Assembly (NCBI GenBank): GCA_036172245.1
Contig: JAYWIR010000107.1
Span: forward strand, 62,001-126,000
Source of the DNA: Raillietiella orientalis
Taxonomy: Eukaryota
Length of the DNA: 64,000 nucleotides
Direction: 5' to 3'
Below the pieces are notes generated by a model. That model had not been told where the DNA came from. It searched no databases and worked only from the letters and a program-made list of their open reading frames with translations. Made by a program: the position numbers and the translations under genes. This document shows, one piece after another, positions 25,396 through 39,256 of the stretch (position 1 is the stretch's first letter; each line of letters starts with the position of its first letter).

Positions 25396-26570
25396 TGTGC
25401 TCCAGGGTGGATGTGTTTTCTCGGTGCTCCTCGTGCCAGGAAGTCTCCCCCAGTGCAAGCGTCGTGTGGTTCGGTGGTTGCTCAGGCAGCGATGGCTGAC
25501 GCGACCATTAGGGATGGCCAGTGTGCAGCGGCAACGCCGCCCCCAGAGGCGATGGACAGCCAGGGGGCGGCGGCAACGTCGCTCCCAGAGGCGATGAAGA
25601 TCGGTCCCCGCTGCAGCGCGGGCGTGAAGCGCCGTTGTGTCGGCGACATCGCCTGCAGCCGCGGCAGAATTGTCGGCCTATGTAGAGGAGGGGTACAACC
25701 TTTCATTGTTCTACAAGGTAGGCAATCTATATTCTTTAAAGAGCGCGCTCGCCTTCTCGAAGAGCATGCGCGCTTTCGATGTGAAGGAGGAGGAGCTCAG
25801 CGCTATGACCATCCGCAGCAGGGGTCAGTACGTTGAGGTCATCTGCAAACAAGCAGAGCTGGCCCAACGACTGCTTAAAACCCCCGTGGTGATCGAAACG
25901 CGCAGGCTCCTCCCTATTACGACGGACCGCAGCATCGTGGTCCACCTGTTAGGTGTTACCGCGCGGATGCGCAAGGAACAGGTTCGCGCCGCGTTGGAGC
26001 AATACGGAACGGTCCACGAGCAGTGGACGAAAGTTAGTCCTTGCGAGAACTACACGGAACTGCAACACGGCCTCACGGCTGCGCGCGTGACCGTTCGGGA
26101 GGGCTGCACTCTTCCCCACAAACTGGTGGTCTTAGGCGAAACCGTCGACCTCTGGTATGTGGGGAAGACGAAATACTGCGGCTTCTGCAATACGTCAGGC
26201 CACCTCAAAAAGAGGTGTCCCAACGTGCAGTGCCAAATATGCGGCACAATGGGTCACACGAGGGAGGTGTGCCAAAAAGCAGCAGTGTGGGTGGTTTTCA
26301 AGAGAAGCCTTAAAAAACGCGTCAGGCTGCTGCAAAAGAAGCTGGCGGCGAAAGCTGCCTAGAAGGCTGTTCCACCCGCACCCAAGGCCCAGGCCGCACC
26401 CGCGACTTCGGCGAACAACGCCTAACAGGTCGAGGGAACTAGCCAGGAGCCTAAGTGGCAGGTATCAACAGCCAAGAAAACAAAAAAAGAACGAAGATTA
26501 AAAAAAAAGCTCGCGTACCGCCAGAAAAAACAGCAGACAAGATAGCAAATGAAAGAATGCAGCGTTATCG
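25396..26570 (+). mobile_element. Family B copy B2, 5' part (5' UTR and most of ORF1)
   Basis: Closely similar to 7432-8630 from the first bases (GTGCTCCAGGGTGGAyGTGTTTTCTCGG); two zinc knuckles. Confidence 0.92.
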
Positions 26571-29020
26571 TTTATTACCCGGTTGCGCCGGGACGTTTAT
26601 TCATAATATCAACTGGGAACTGTGTTCCCAGGCAAGGGAAACAGAAAATGTGGAGTAGATTTGTTGAAACGCAGGACGGGTACATTGAGATTTCGGAACG
26701 GGAGGGGGTGGGATAGGAAATAAAGTAATTGGGTGGGAGGGCGGGGATAGTGATATACAGTGTAGCCTTTCCTATTCTCAAAACCAACAATGAATGCCGC
26801 CGATCTCCGCCCTCACTTCTGCTCCCAAAAGTGGCCACCCGGCAGCCATTTGCAGGTTGCAGGCTGCAATGTCGGGGACCGATGTTGCGACGGCTCGCAT
26901 CTGCGATACGTGGCAAGCCCTGACAATGGCGCGGACGCAGCAGATGATTGCGACGACCGCTCCAAGAGAAAGACCGCCACGCGTGTAGAAGTGTCGCATC
27001 CAATCGAGTGCGGTGTATCCGGGTTGCAAGAGCGCTAAAGACAGCCGCCGCCACAGATCCTGGAGGGCACCGCACTCAAACAGCAAATACGGAAGCGATT
27101 CCACCGCTCCGCATTTGGCACAGTTCGGAGACGCAACTCTTCCGGAAATCAAGTGCACCCGCTGGTTGCAGTACAAACCCCAATGCAGCAGTAGAAAAGC
27201 GTCCTGCTTTCACCGAAGGGGGAAAAGAGTCATGTGCAAACACGCAGAAAGAACCACAAGTTCATCGGTGGGCACCCCGAGAAGCTCACTCCACCGAAGT
27301 AGTCCCTTGGCACGAAGGCGAGCTGTGGCAGCGTCTGCAACTTCGCAAGTCCGCCAGCCGCCCAGCAGTCGGGTTTCGCCTGCGATTTCGCAAGTGATCT
27401 CCCAGCTCGCCGGGAGGTCCCTGTCATCTCGCACCATCAGTGCACACAGTGCTTCGGCGAGTGGCGTAGCGGCTAGGCGTGTCCACTGGTCCTGGTCTTC
27501 CAGCACCTTTCCCACTGGACAGTATGGGGAAAGTTTCACGCAACGGGGTTCCAAACGGGACACATCATGTTGCGCTGCACAGGACGATAAGGCTTCCTGC
27601 CTTAGGCGTTGAAGTTCGTCGGCCGGCAGGAGATCCACTCGTGCTTTCCCAGGAGCGTGGCGAGCTGCTTCAAAGAGAAGCCGAATCGTCTATGGGCGCG
27701 CTCCGTGCGGAGATGCAACGAACGTAGTCCGTCGCCACCCGTGCAGCGCCGCAGCAGCAGCCGCGCTGGAGCACACCAGGGAGTAGTCCAGAGCTGCGCA
27801 CAAAGTGCCAGCATGCGGAACTGCACTAGCAGTCCGATCCGCTTCAGCGTCAGGATGCCCAATCCTGCATGCCGCCGAGGAGCCGCCAAGTCCTTCAGGC
27901 GTATCCTGGACCTCGGCGGTCCCCACAAGGCGTTACGCAACAAGCGTTCCGCCCGGCGCTTAGCCGAGTAGGAAGGGGGACAAACAAAAAAGAGGAAACG
28001 GAGGAGGGGGGCATCGAAAATGTTCCTCACGAAAGCCCGTTCCGACAGGAGAAACCTGCAGCCTTGGAACGAACCCAGAGCAGCCTCGGCCTTGTGAATG
28101 CAGTCCGAACACGCTTCTGCTAGACAGAAGGAGCCCAAGGGAACGCCGAGGTACTTCAAGCACCTGCCCGTGGTGATCCCAGGGCGGTTCCAGTCGGACT
28201 GCCCCTTCCACGAAAAGCCAACCGGTACAACGGTTGATTTCGTCCTGTTGACGCTCAGGCCCGCTCCTCGACGAATGAGCTCGAAGAAGTCCTCGAGCTT
28301 GGACGCCGGGGTGGACATGGGCAGCAGCAGGAGAAGGTCGTCAGCATAGGCGGCCACGGCTGGTGTTCCCGGGCAGGAGCTCGGCAGGTTGGCCAGCGTC
28401 AGCCTGTACGCAATCAGCACCAACTCAAAGAAGATGCTGAAGAGCAGGGGGCTTAAGCTGTCTCCCGGCCTGATACCCCGCCGTATAGGTATGCCGTACA
28501 CGTGGCACCCGCTGAAATTGATATAGCATAACGCGTGGCGCCAGCAGGAGCACAAGTAGGCGATGAGGTGCGTCGGGAGGCCTAGGCGTCCCAGAAGCTC
28601 CATAAGGAGGTCCTGGTTTACGCTGTCGAACGCTTTGCAGAGATCGACGGAGACCGCTAAGGCTCCCGGCGTTCCATCGTGACTTGAACAGCGCCGCTAA
28701 CCTTTGGCAGCGGCAATTTCGGCTACCTGGCTCTGCTGCGCCACGCGCAGCTGCAACTCGAACCATGTTTGCGCGAAGAAGAGAATCGCGTCAATGGACC
28801 GCCCCGGAACAGCATACGTTTGCTCCGAACTTACCAAGGACTCCGCGATTCTCCGCAGGCGCGCGACCCATAGCTTGGAGTACAACTTCACGTCCGAACT
28901 CATCATGGTGATCCGACGCCAGTTGCTGAGGTGGCGCAAATCACCGCCTTTCGGCAGGTTCTGCACCTTTGCTGAGCGGAAAGAAGCGGAAACATCTCCC
29001 GTCTCACGCATCCGCGACGG
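26571..29020 (-). mobile_element. Family H LINE, 3' part (RT to 3' end)
   Basis: DLCKAFD, GIRPGDSLSP, AYADD, ZnF CAKC..LLFEC; terminus AATAAA-CGT-CCCGG-CGCAA-CCGGG-TAATAAA. Confidence 0.9.
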
Positions 29021-29752
29021 TCGCGTACGGACAAGCTTTTTCGTCGCTCCGAGGTAGATTGGCTCTTGTGTGTTTTTGTTCTGCTGTGCTTCTGTGCTGC
29101 AATGGGAGCAAAGAAGAACATCAGACGCAAGAAGGGAACGCCACCTGCTCCTGAGATGGCTGCTTCGGCTGCTAGCAGGGAGCCTCTGTCCTTGCCGACG
29201 GCGAGGACATTCGCCCAGGTCGCTGCCCTCGCGGCTACGATGGGACCTTCGCCCGACATCTCTGAGCTTCAGACGTATGTAGCAAATGGCTACACGCCTG
29301 CACTCTAGTATAAGGTGAGCGTCCTTATGCCTGAGCGGCTTGGGCGCGAGTTTGGCCAGGAACTTCAAAAGATTGGAGTTCAAAAAGGCCAACTAAGGTC
29401 CATCATGCCCATGAGTGGGTGCGGCTACTGAGAGGTGTCCAGTAAGGACGCTCTCCTCACGCAGTGTTTTCGGCACACGCCGCTGCTTATTTGTGGGCAG
29501 GAAATACTCCCTGTCACAACGGACCAATCGTTCGTTGTCCGGCTCAGTGGAGTGTGTGAGGGCATTTCCGACCGCAAGGTCTTAGAGGCCCTTGAAAAAT
29601 TCGCAATTGTCCACGTGCTTTGGAGGCTGTCAAACCCTGCTGAAGGGATCGAAGACCACCACAGCGGGCCCGCTTAAGTGCGAGTGACCATGACGGATCG
29701 CCGTGCTATGCCCACGCGACTGCAGGTGGATGGAATGACCGTCCGCCTGTAA
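29021..29752 (+). mobile_element. D-like LINE 5' part (D'), ORF1 N-half, degraded
   Basis: QTYVANGYTPAL*YKV ... VHVLWR ... LQVDG homologous to the ORF1s at 39373 and 17782. Confidence 0.8.
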
Positions 29753-29900
29753 TTTGCCACCTGGATATGCCGGGGCATTTGTTATTCTAAGTTTTTACAA
29801 AAGGTAGATAATAAAGTCTTTAAAAAGATGTTTTCTGTGGGAAAACACTGTGTTCTCCTACTTTGCTCGACGTGTCAGTTGCCGGTGCATAGACCGGTTA
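29753..29900 (-). mobile_element. Short LINE 3'-UTR remnant
   Basis: Minus strand AACAAA-TGC-CCCGG-CATAT-CCAGG-TGGCAAA terminus preceded by an AT-rich UTR. Confidence 0.65.
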
Positions 29901-31284
29901 GGCCGTCACGGCCTCCACCATCGTGAACGGTTCTGCCAACCTGAAACGATCCTCCTCCTTGAGCGCGGGGAGACCATCCTGCAGCAGGCGCTGCGCGAAA
30001 TGGCGCTCTGGTGTTAGTGGCGCGTACAAGGAGGAATAGAACTCCCGCACGATGCGGTTTAAATGAGCTGGGCTGGCGCGTTCTTGGCCCTGATGGTCCA
30101 GCAAGCAGGCCGAGCCTGACTGCCAGGCCTGCCTCTCCGCCTCAGCTTTGAATTCTGCCAAGCGACGGACGTCGGGACATTTGAAATACCGGCGGGCCTG
30201 AAGGTAGGCCCGCTCGTTCCTGACCCCATCGCCGAAGCCCGGCGGAAGACGTTCCAGGGGAAACTGGTCGCAAAACTCGCGGACTGAGCACTTCATTTCG
30301 TCCCAGTCCGCGAGCGTCTCAAGATGGAATCCTCGCAGGAAGGCGCGTAGATGTTCCGCCGCTCTTGCGAGGCGCATCCAGTTTCCAGGCAGGCGCCACG
30401 TTTTCAAGGGAGGTCACTTATTCCGAGGATGCAACTCGAGCACGAGCCGTGCATGGTCGGACAGCTCTGCCGGGAGCGTTCCTCGAGTTCCCACCCGCGT
30501 GCACAGGTGGTTGTCAAGGAACATGTGGTCGATGTTCCGATCTGTCCCGGCATCACTGGCCAACAAGTTGCGCGCATTCATTGCTGCGCACAGCTCGTTG
30601 ACCAGTTGTGCTCGACTGCTGGACGCACCTGCAAGCAGGCGGAGATTGAAGTCGCCCGCGATGAGGTGCGCCCGCCGTATGCTTGCTTCAGCCAAGCAGA
30701 CTCGTCGCAGGGATTCGAAGAACGCAGTGCGTTCCTCGGCCATGTGGAGCGTACAGGTTCGTCACCACGAAATCGATCGAGTCGAACCACTTGAAAGCAA
30801 ACTGCCCAACTCGACCGTCCTCGTCGAACCTGACGGTGCGCGGTGCGTTGTCGACGGCTGGCTTAAGCATAAAGGCCACTCCGCAGGAGCAGTCGTTTCC
30901 ATTCCTCCACAGTAGCACCCCTCCCGCGATTCTTTCGATTCCCTCGACTTCTTCTGCTTTGAGAACGTGCGTCTCTTGCAGGAGCACCAGGTCGAAGTCT
31001 CGCAGTATGTCGGCTACGTCTCGCCTCTTACCGTTGTCGCGCAACCCGTTGACTTTCAAACAGGTGATTCGCAAGCAGCTGCAGGAGGCGAGCCCACGCA
31101 ATGATGCGTTTATTGTGGGGTGGAGGCGGCCTCCTCCCTTGCGGGAGATGGCTTGTTGGCGGCCGTGACGACGGTCGGCTGCTCACACGGGAGCACGTCG
31201 TCCACAGCGACTTCCATGGGGCTGGCTTCCGAGACACGAATCGGAGAGGGGTCGCGTGGCGCGACGCACATTGTCTCTTCCTCC
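29901..31284 (-). mobile_element. Family F copy F1, inverted 5' segment (ORF1 tail, APE, linker)
   Basis: Homologous to 34180-35560; LLQETH, NLYAP, AGDFN, IDH, SDH. Confidence 0.88.
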
Positions 31285-33702
31285 TCCGCAACATTGGCAA
31301 CTGGCGTCCCATCACAGTAGTGAATGCGTACGCAAAGTTGTATGCCAAGTTGTGGGCAGAGCGTTTGGAGCGGGTGGCCGCTTCCGTGGTGAGTCCCGAG
31401 CAGACCTATGCTGTTCCCGGACGAACCATGGAGGCCAAGCTGCTCCTCGCCAGCTCATGGTGGCAGTTGCGACAACGCGTTGCACAGGACGGTCAACGGA
31501 GCCTCGCGCCCCCCTCTGACCAAGAAGATCGAACAGAGGGTGAAATGGACTCGGCGGGAGCCTTTGCCGTCGCGGTCGATTTGCACGAAGCATTCGACTG
31601 CGTCAACCAGGATCTCCTTCTGGAGCTCCTGGAACGCATGGGTTTCCCTGCCGTGCTTCAATCTTACCTGCGCTCCTACTGGCGCAACGCGTCAATGAAT
31701 ATTGGTTTCAGCGGCCGGCAAGTGTACGGCGTGCCCGTACGCCGCGGCATCCGGCAGAGTGACAGCCTGAGCCCCTTGCTCTTCAGCATCTACTTCGAGT
31801 CGGTGCTGAGGGCATACAGGGTAACTCTGGCAACCCTGCCGAGCTCGTGTGCCGACACGCCTGCCGTGTCGGCCTATGCAGACGATCTTCTGCTGCTGCT
31901 TCCCGGGTGCACCCCGGCGAGTGCGCTCGAGGATTTCTTCGAGATGCTGCGCCGGGGGACGGGCCTGGAGGTGAACAGAGCGAAGTCGTCTATGATGTAC
32001 GTCGGCTCGGCGTGAGCTGGACGGTCGGACTGGATCCGCTTGGGGATCCCCACGGACAGGTGCTTCAAGTACCTAGGCGTTCCGATGGGGGACTTCTGCG
32101 AAGCAGAAGCCTGGTTCGACCGTCTCCAAAAGGCAGCGCTGGCGATCGGTCCGTTCCATGAAGGCAGGGTCTACTTGCAGGAAAGGGCCGTCGTGTGGAA
32201 CGCGTTTGCGGCCTCCCTCCTTCGCCCCCTACTTTTTGTTTGCCCCGCCTCTTCTGTTATTCAAAAACGCGCAGCGGGCCTCCTGAGGACAGTCGTTTGG
32301 GGCAAATAGAGGTCCCGTGTGAGGCTTAAAGACTTGTGCGCTCTACGTAAGGACGGTGGACTTGGCGTACTTACGCTGAAGTGCATGGAACTGCAACTTG
32401 GATTCAGGACTCTCGCCCTCGCGGCCGATTTGTGTGGCTCGCCTTGGTGCGTTCCAGCACGCCTCCTGGCCCAACGAGCCTGAGGAATCGGCGGACTTTT
32501 GTCGTTTCTGTCTTCGCGCGTCTGCAGAAGACCATACTGTGGCTGTATGCTGCGACGCGTCTTCGTTGCGGTTCGGGAGAACGCCTGGATCTCCTGCCTC
32601 CCAGGGCACTACTCCGCCTGGCTGCACGAGTCAGTTTCCACCTGGGAAAAGATCCACGTTCCGGCGAGCACAAGGAACACTTGCCTGCAAAGGCACGCCC
32701 GCTGGAAACTGCAGGAGATCGTGCAGTCCCACGAAAAGCGCATGTGGGCTTTGATTACCCCCCTTGCCCCAGTGCTGCCCTTCCTCATCGACGCCAGGGA
32801 CAGTAGGGAGCTTGGGAAATGGAACGTGTCCTGCACTATTGGAGGCAGGACACAAACGATTATGGCGTGGACATCTCGGCAGCTAGCGGACGCTGCGACA
32901 CCGAGAGTCCCGCCTAACGGAATTCGACGCTGGGGCGAGCTACTCGGACTATCTCCGGAGGAGATGAAGTGGCCCCCGGCGTCCTGGAACAGTGGATCCC
33001 TCCCCCTGAAATGGCAGGATGTGGCGTTGCTTGTGGTCCTCTGGGGACTTCCATTCAAAGCACGCCTTCATCACACAACCCGGGGGGCTGTGGATCCTTA
33101 TTGTGACCGGTGCGGGGAAAAAGAGACCTTCCCCCACCTTCTCATCGAGTGCAGTGCCATCCGCCCTTTATGGGATCGCCTTACGGCGATCCTGGACTTG
33201 CGCGGATGCGGCCCTAAGGACGTTTTTAGGCTCCTCTTCCGTAGTGACGCCTTGTCCCCCCCCTCTTCTGTAGCAGTCCTCTGCTGCATTCGAGGGATCG
33301 TGGCGGCTTGGAACGCCACCAGAAGAAGACGTCAGCCAACTGGCAACGCCTTACGGTTCACCCGCCTATTCGTCCGAGACGTCTGCAAGTGGCGCCACTT
33401 GGGCGCAGAGAGGACTCAGCTTGTACGGATCCTAAATAGGATCTAGAGGACCTATCCGCCCGCACGGTGATCCCCTCCCTGCCCTCCCATTCCCGAAACA
33501 TTTGCTCCCTCCCATACTTCAACTATTTGTTTGTTTTTTTGTTTTGTTCTTTCCCAACCCCCGCGGATCGGATGGACCTCTACGGCATAACGCCCGTAAA
33601 TACCAAGCTGTTTTGTAGTGGTGGACCTTTGGGTTCACCACGCGACAATCCATTGTGATTTTATTCTTTTGAATAAATGCCCCGGCATATCCGGGTGAAA
33701 AA
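31284..33702 (+). mobile_element. F1 3' segment (RT to 3' end)
   Basis: NWRPIT, DLHEAFD, AYADD, ZnF CDRC..HLLIEC; terminus AATAAA-TGC-CCCGG-CATAT-CCGGG-TGAAAAA. Confidence 0.9.
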
Positions 33703-36069
33703 GCGGTTCCGGCTTCGTGCGGCGAAATCGCTACGGTCGCGATCGATAGCGCGGCACACGTTGCCGCGATCGAAATTGTTGTTCCAGTCCAGTCCACTGG
33801 AAGCGTTGTAGCGGCGAGCGAAAGCACAGCCGCTGCGGTTCCGAACGATAGCGCGCCAGTTGCCGCTATCGAATCGGTTGTTACGTCACCCGACTCGCCA
33901 ACAGACGGCGAAATCCTTGATGACGTAGAACGCATCTCTGATGCAAACTTCGCGCAAGCCGCGGAAGAGTTGGCTGCCTTCCTGAGGCAGCCCGTCAAGG
34001 CCGAGAAGGAGGCCGTTCGACGCCCGGCTACGGCAAAAGACCCGGAAACCTCCGAGTCTGACGCCGAAAGCGGGAACTCGCCCTCCGTTGGCTTGCCGAA
34101 AAGAAAACATAAAAATGCAACAGGAGCTCGTAGACGTGCTGTCACCTCTCAGGAAGAGGTCGAAATGGCATCTGACAGCGAGGAAGAGTCCATGTGCGTT
34201 GCACAATGCGACTCCGTGACTGTGAGCATCCTTTACTAACTGTTAACACAGTCCACGGCCGACGGAGTGAGCGATGCTCCTGACCACTCCAACGACATGG
34301 ACCCGGACCACCCGTCTTCTGAACAGGAGGCGGTTACTTCCACCTCACCATAACAACACCATTGCGTGGACTCGCCTCCTCTCACCGCTTGCGAATAACC
34401 TGTTGGAACGTCCACGGGTTAAGCAGCGACGGGAAGAGGCGAGACGTAGCCACCATTCTGCGAGACTTCGACCTGGCCCTACTGCAAGAGACTCACGTGC
34501 TCACAACAGAAGCAGGCCAGGATTTCGAAAGAATCACAGAAGGGCGGCTACTGTGGAGGAACGGAACAGATTACTCCTGCGGAGTGGCCTTTCTGCTGAA
34601 GCCGGCAGTCGAAAACTCTCTGCATAGCGTTCGCTTCGACGGGGACGGTCGAGTTGGACAGCTTGTTCACAAGTGGTCCGAATCGATCGACCTCGTTGTG
34701 ACGAACATATACGCGCCAGTGAGCAACCACGGGGCCGAGGAACGCACTGCGTTTTTCGAATCCCTACGGCGAGACTGGCTGGCTGAAGCAGGCGTACGGA
34801 AGGCGCACCTCATTGCAGGCGACTTCAATCTTTGCCTGCTGGCAGGTGCGCGGTGCATTCGAGCACGACTGTTCAACGAGTTGTACGCAGCCATCAATGC
34901 GCGCAACTTGTTGGCCGGTGATGCCGGGAGAGATCGGAACATCGACCACCTGTTCCTCGACAACCACCTGTGCACGCGGGTGGGAACTCGAGGAACGCTC
35001 CCGGCACAGCTGTCTGACCATCCACAGCTCGTGCTCGAGATACATCCACGCGACAAGGGCCCTCCCCTGAAAACGTGGCGCCTGCCGGGGGACTGGTTGC
35101 GCCTCGCAGGAGCGGCGGAATATCTGCGCGCCTTCCTGCAAGGATTCCATCTTGAGACGCTCGCGGACTGGTACGAAATGAAGTGCTCAGTCCGCGAGTT
35201 TAGCGACCAGTTTCCCCTGGAACGTCTTCCGCTGGGTTTCGGCGATGGGGTCAGGAACGAGCGGGCCTACCTTCAGGCCTGCCGGTATTCCAGGCGTCCC
35301 AACGTCCGTCGCTTGGCGGAGTTCAAAGCTGAGGCGGAGAGGCAGGCCTGGCAGTCAGGCTCGGCCTGCTTGCTGGACCATCAGGGCCAAGAACGCTCCA
35401 GCCCAGCTCAGGTTAGCCGCATCGTGCGGGAGTTCTATTCCTCCTTGTACGCGTCACTAACACCTGAGCGCTATTTCGCACAGCGCCTCCTGCAGGATGG
35501 TGCTCCTGCGCTCAAGTTGGAGGTTCCTTTCAGGTTGGTCGAAGCGTTCACGATGGTGGAGATCATCTCCGCCCTAGCAAAGTTAAAGAAAAGGAAGGCA
35601 CCAGGAGAGGACGGCCTGCCCGCGGAGTTTAAACATCGCTTCGCGCCAGAGCTGCCCCCCTGCTGCTCAGGTTATGTACGCTGATCCGCGAACACGGCGA
35701 AGTTCCCGCCTCGTTCCGGTCTGCAAAAGTACGTCTCCTGCCGAAATCAAGAGACTCACGCAACATTAGCATCTGGCGTTCCATCACAGTAGTGAATGCG
35801 GACGCATAGTTGTATGTCAAGTTGTGAACTGAGCGTTTGGGGCGCGTGGCCGCTTTCGTGTTGAGTCACGAGGAGACCTACGCTGTTCCCGGACGAACCA
35901 TGGAGGCCAACCTGCTCCTCGACAGCTCATGGTGGCAGTTGCGACAACGCGTTGCTCAGGATGGTCAAGGGAGCCTTGCGCTCCGCTCTGACCAAGGAGA
36001 TCATTCAGAGGATAGGACGGACTCGGCTTGAGCCTTTGTCGTCGCGATCGATTTGCACAAACCATTCGA
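33703..36069 (+). mobile_element. Family F copy F2 (ORF1 tail, open APE, RT N-half)
   Basis: ORF 34362-35684 has TCWNVHG, LLQETH, NIYAP, AGDFN, IDH, SDH; ends at DLHKPFD where B3 is inserted. Confidence 0.9.
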
Positions 36070-39000
36070 TTTTCACCCGGAATTCTTCGGGTGGTTTATT
36101 AAAAAATAAACTTTATAAAGAAATTATTTATGGCTGTGGCAATGCTCCATCCAGAAGCGAAGAACCACGGAGCCTACCAATTCACCGGTTCCTAGACCGG
36201 TACGGTCCACCAAGGCAGCATAGTAAAGGAGAAAAACAAAAAACTGAACAAAAAGAAGCAAAAGGTGGGAGGGAACGGGAAGGGATCATCGATGCTGCTG
36301 GGGCCGCATCATCCCTCTCAGGATCCTGGGAAGCACTTGTTTGTTGTATACATCCAGGTAAGGCCATCGCGACTCCCTCCTCAAAAATTGAGAGCCGCAC
36401 TGGATGGCGTCCTGATCGCTAGGTTTTCCCGTCACCGTGCTCCATGCGGCGACCATCCCACGAAGGCAGCACAAGGCTGCTATCGAGGACGCTGGCCGGA
36501 GGGCGTCGGCAACGAAGAAGGCTTTTAGTGCGTCCCTGGGGTTGCCGCAAAGAATACCGATGGACGCGGCAAAGCGGAAACAAAGGGGCCGAAGGGCAAC
36601 ACAATCCACTAGAAGGTGGGGGAGGGACTCTTGTTCCCCGCACCTTACACAACTGAAATCCACCGCTTCTCAGGTCCGGTGGTATGCTCGGGCGTTTCAG
36701 GGGAGTCCCCAGTGCTGCAACAGGAATGCCGACTCTTGCCATTTTAGGAAGAAGATGAAAGAGTTCATAAAAACCGTGGGCCACTTCAGATGTTCAATCG
36801 GAACATGCAGCAGCGCTCACCAGCGCAGAAGTCCATTTGGAGGCTTACTCCGGATCGCAGCGTCAGTTAGCTGGCCCGCCTTCCACTCTCTCTGCTTCTT
36901 CTCTTTCCCGGAGATTTTTATTGTAACCTCCCACTTCGCCGCAACATCGCTGAACTTATGTTCCACCAGGGAGTTAAGCTAGGCAGCGAATGGGGTTCTT
37001 CCTTACCACGCTCTCTTCTTAGGATCCTCCAGGATCTCACGAAGCGTGCAACTTCTGTAACACCCAAACAGGAACCTTCGTTCCTTTTGGGAGGGTTGCA
37101 TGCCCAACTGTCCCCATGTGCGAATGCTTTTCTTTAACCAGGCACTACCGTTCGCGGGGAGACAGGTGATCCATCCTTGATTTTTCCTTGCCAGGGCAGC
37201 CACCCTCCGTAGCTGAAGCCCACATCGGTTGATGCGGCTTCGATGGAGTGCAAGAAGCGACGTCAGTCCCGTCTTGCCGGTGGCTTGCTGAAGGAGGAGA
37301 CGTGCAGGGACGCAACAACAGGTGCACCACGACTCCGGCAAAAGTGCCAGAATCCGGAACTGGTGCTGCAGCTCCAGCCGCTCCAATTTCAGGAGGCCGA
37401 GACCACCGTCGCGACGCGAAGCGCGCAAGTTCTTTAAGCGGACTCGGGCCCTCCCGTCGCCCCAAAGGGCGATACGGAGGATGTCCTTCGTTTGATTTTT
37501 GATCCTCTCTTTGGGGGGGCAAACAAGATGCAGGGAACGGAGGAGAGGAGCCGCGAACATGTTCCAAACCGCAGCCCCTTCAGGCAGGAAAAACCTGCCG
37601 CCTGGGAACGGGCCGATAGCCGTCTCTACTTTTTAAAGGCAACCGAACCACGCTTCCGCAGGGGAGTAGTCTTCCAACGGCACATCAAGGTACTTGAAGT
37701 ACCTCACCGTTGGGATCCCCAAACAGACCCAGTCCTGCTGCCCTGCCCGCGACGCACCAACTGGCATCACGGACGACTTCGCCCTGTTTACCGTAAGCCC
37801 GGTTCCTCGATTCAGCAGGTCGAAGAACTTCTCGACCGCCGAAGCCGGAATGGACATGGGGAACAGTAGCAAGAGGTCGTCCGCATATGCTGAAACCGCA
37901 GGCGTTCCGGCGCATTCATGCGGCAGGTGCACCAGACTTTTCCTGTACGCTCTCAGTACCAACTAAAGTAGGCACTGAAGAGCAAGGGGCTCAGGCTGTC
38001 TCCCTGCCGGATCACACGTCGAACCGGCACGCCGTGAACCATGTGCCCGCTGAAAGTGACATTGATTTGCGAGTCGCGCCAGCTAGAGAGCAGATAGGCC
38101 AATAATGAGGCTGGGAAGCCCAAGCGTTCCAAAAGCTCCAGCAGGAGATTCTGGTTGACGCTGTCGAATGCTTTACGCAAGTCGACAGCGACCGCAAGTG
38201 CTCCCTCCCCCATCCGCCATCCGTCGCATGGCTGACGGACTCACCGGAATTCCCGGTGCGCATCAAGCCCCTTTCGTGTTGGAGCTCTAGCCAGGTGGAA
38301 GCGTGGAACAGGTTCGCTTACATGCTTCGCCCCGGAACAGCATACGTCCGTTCCGGGCTGATGAAGGCGTTTGCAGCCCGTCCCAAGCGCTCAGCCCAAA
38401 CCTTAGCTATCTACTTGGCATCCGCATTCACTATTGTGATGGGACGCCAGTTGTTCATGCTCCTCAGATCTCCTCCCTTAGGGAGAAGCCGCATCTTTGC
38501 CGAACGAAACAAGGCGGGAACGTCACCTGTCTCGCGTATCAGCAAGGTGAGTTTATGTACCAGGGGGGTTAGCTCAGCCGCGAAAGTTTGATAAAACTCC
38601 GCGGACAGGCCGTCCTCCCCTGGAGCCTTGCGCCTCTTGAGCTTTCCGATGGCCGAGATGATCTTGCTCATCGTGAAAGGCTCGCCACGCTGACGAGGTG
38701 GAGCCCTTGTCGCACGGAAGGATTTCAATCACGATTGGTCGATGGTCGGACAACTCGCACGGTAACTTGCAGCGCCTGCCCACACGAGTGCACAGGTGCT
38801 CGTCAAGGAACACCTGATCGAAGTTGTCCTTAATCCCTGGTTCACTGGCCAACAAATTACAAGTGTGCACTGCTGCGCACACCTCGTTGACCAGGTCCCG
38901 CACGTAATTCGGCCCATCCGGTTTCAGACGAACGTTAAAATCGCCTGCAACCGGATGAGCATTCCGCACGCCTGTCTCGGTCAACCAGTCGCGATGGAGG

Positions 39001-39256
39001 GCAAGGAAAATTTTTTTCCTGGCCCTCCTGTTCGTCAGGTCCGCTCCGCTCGGAGCGTAAACGTTCGTGACGATCAGGTCGATCGAGTCGGACCAACTGA
39101 GAGTCAGCTGGCCGACACGACCGTGATTGTCGAACCGCACTCCACGGGCGGCGGCCTCGATGGCGGGCCGAAGCAGGTAGGCGACACCACAACTTCTCGA
39201 TGTTCTACACCGATACCACAGCCGCCCTCCGGATTTGCGTTCGATCTCCTGCGCTC
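36070..39256 (-). mobile_element. Family B copy B3 (APE to 3' end, internal deletion)
   Basis: Homologous to B1 9350-13004; linker deleted at ~38685; terminus AATAAA-CCA-CCCGA-AGAATT-CCGGG-TGAAAA. Confidence 0.9.

Noticed and set aside
29890..33715. TSD around F1
   Set aside because: The flanks ACCGGTTAGGCC and GCGGTTCCGGC share too little to call.
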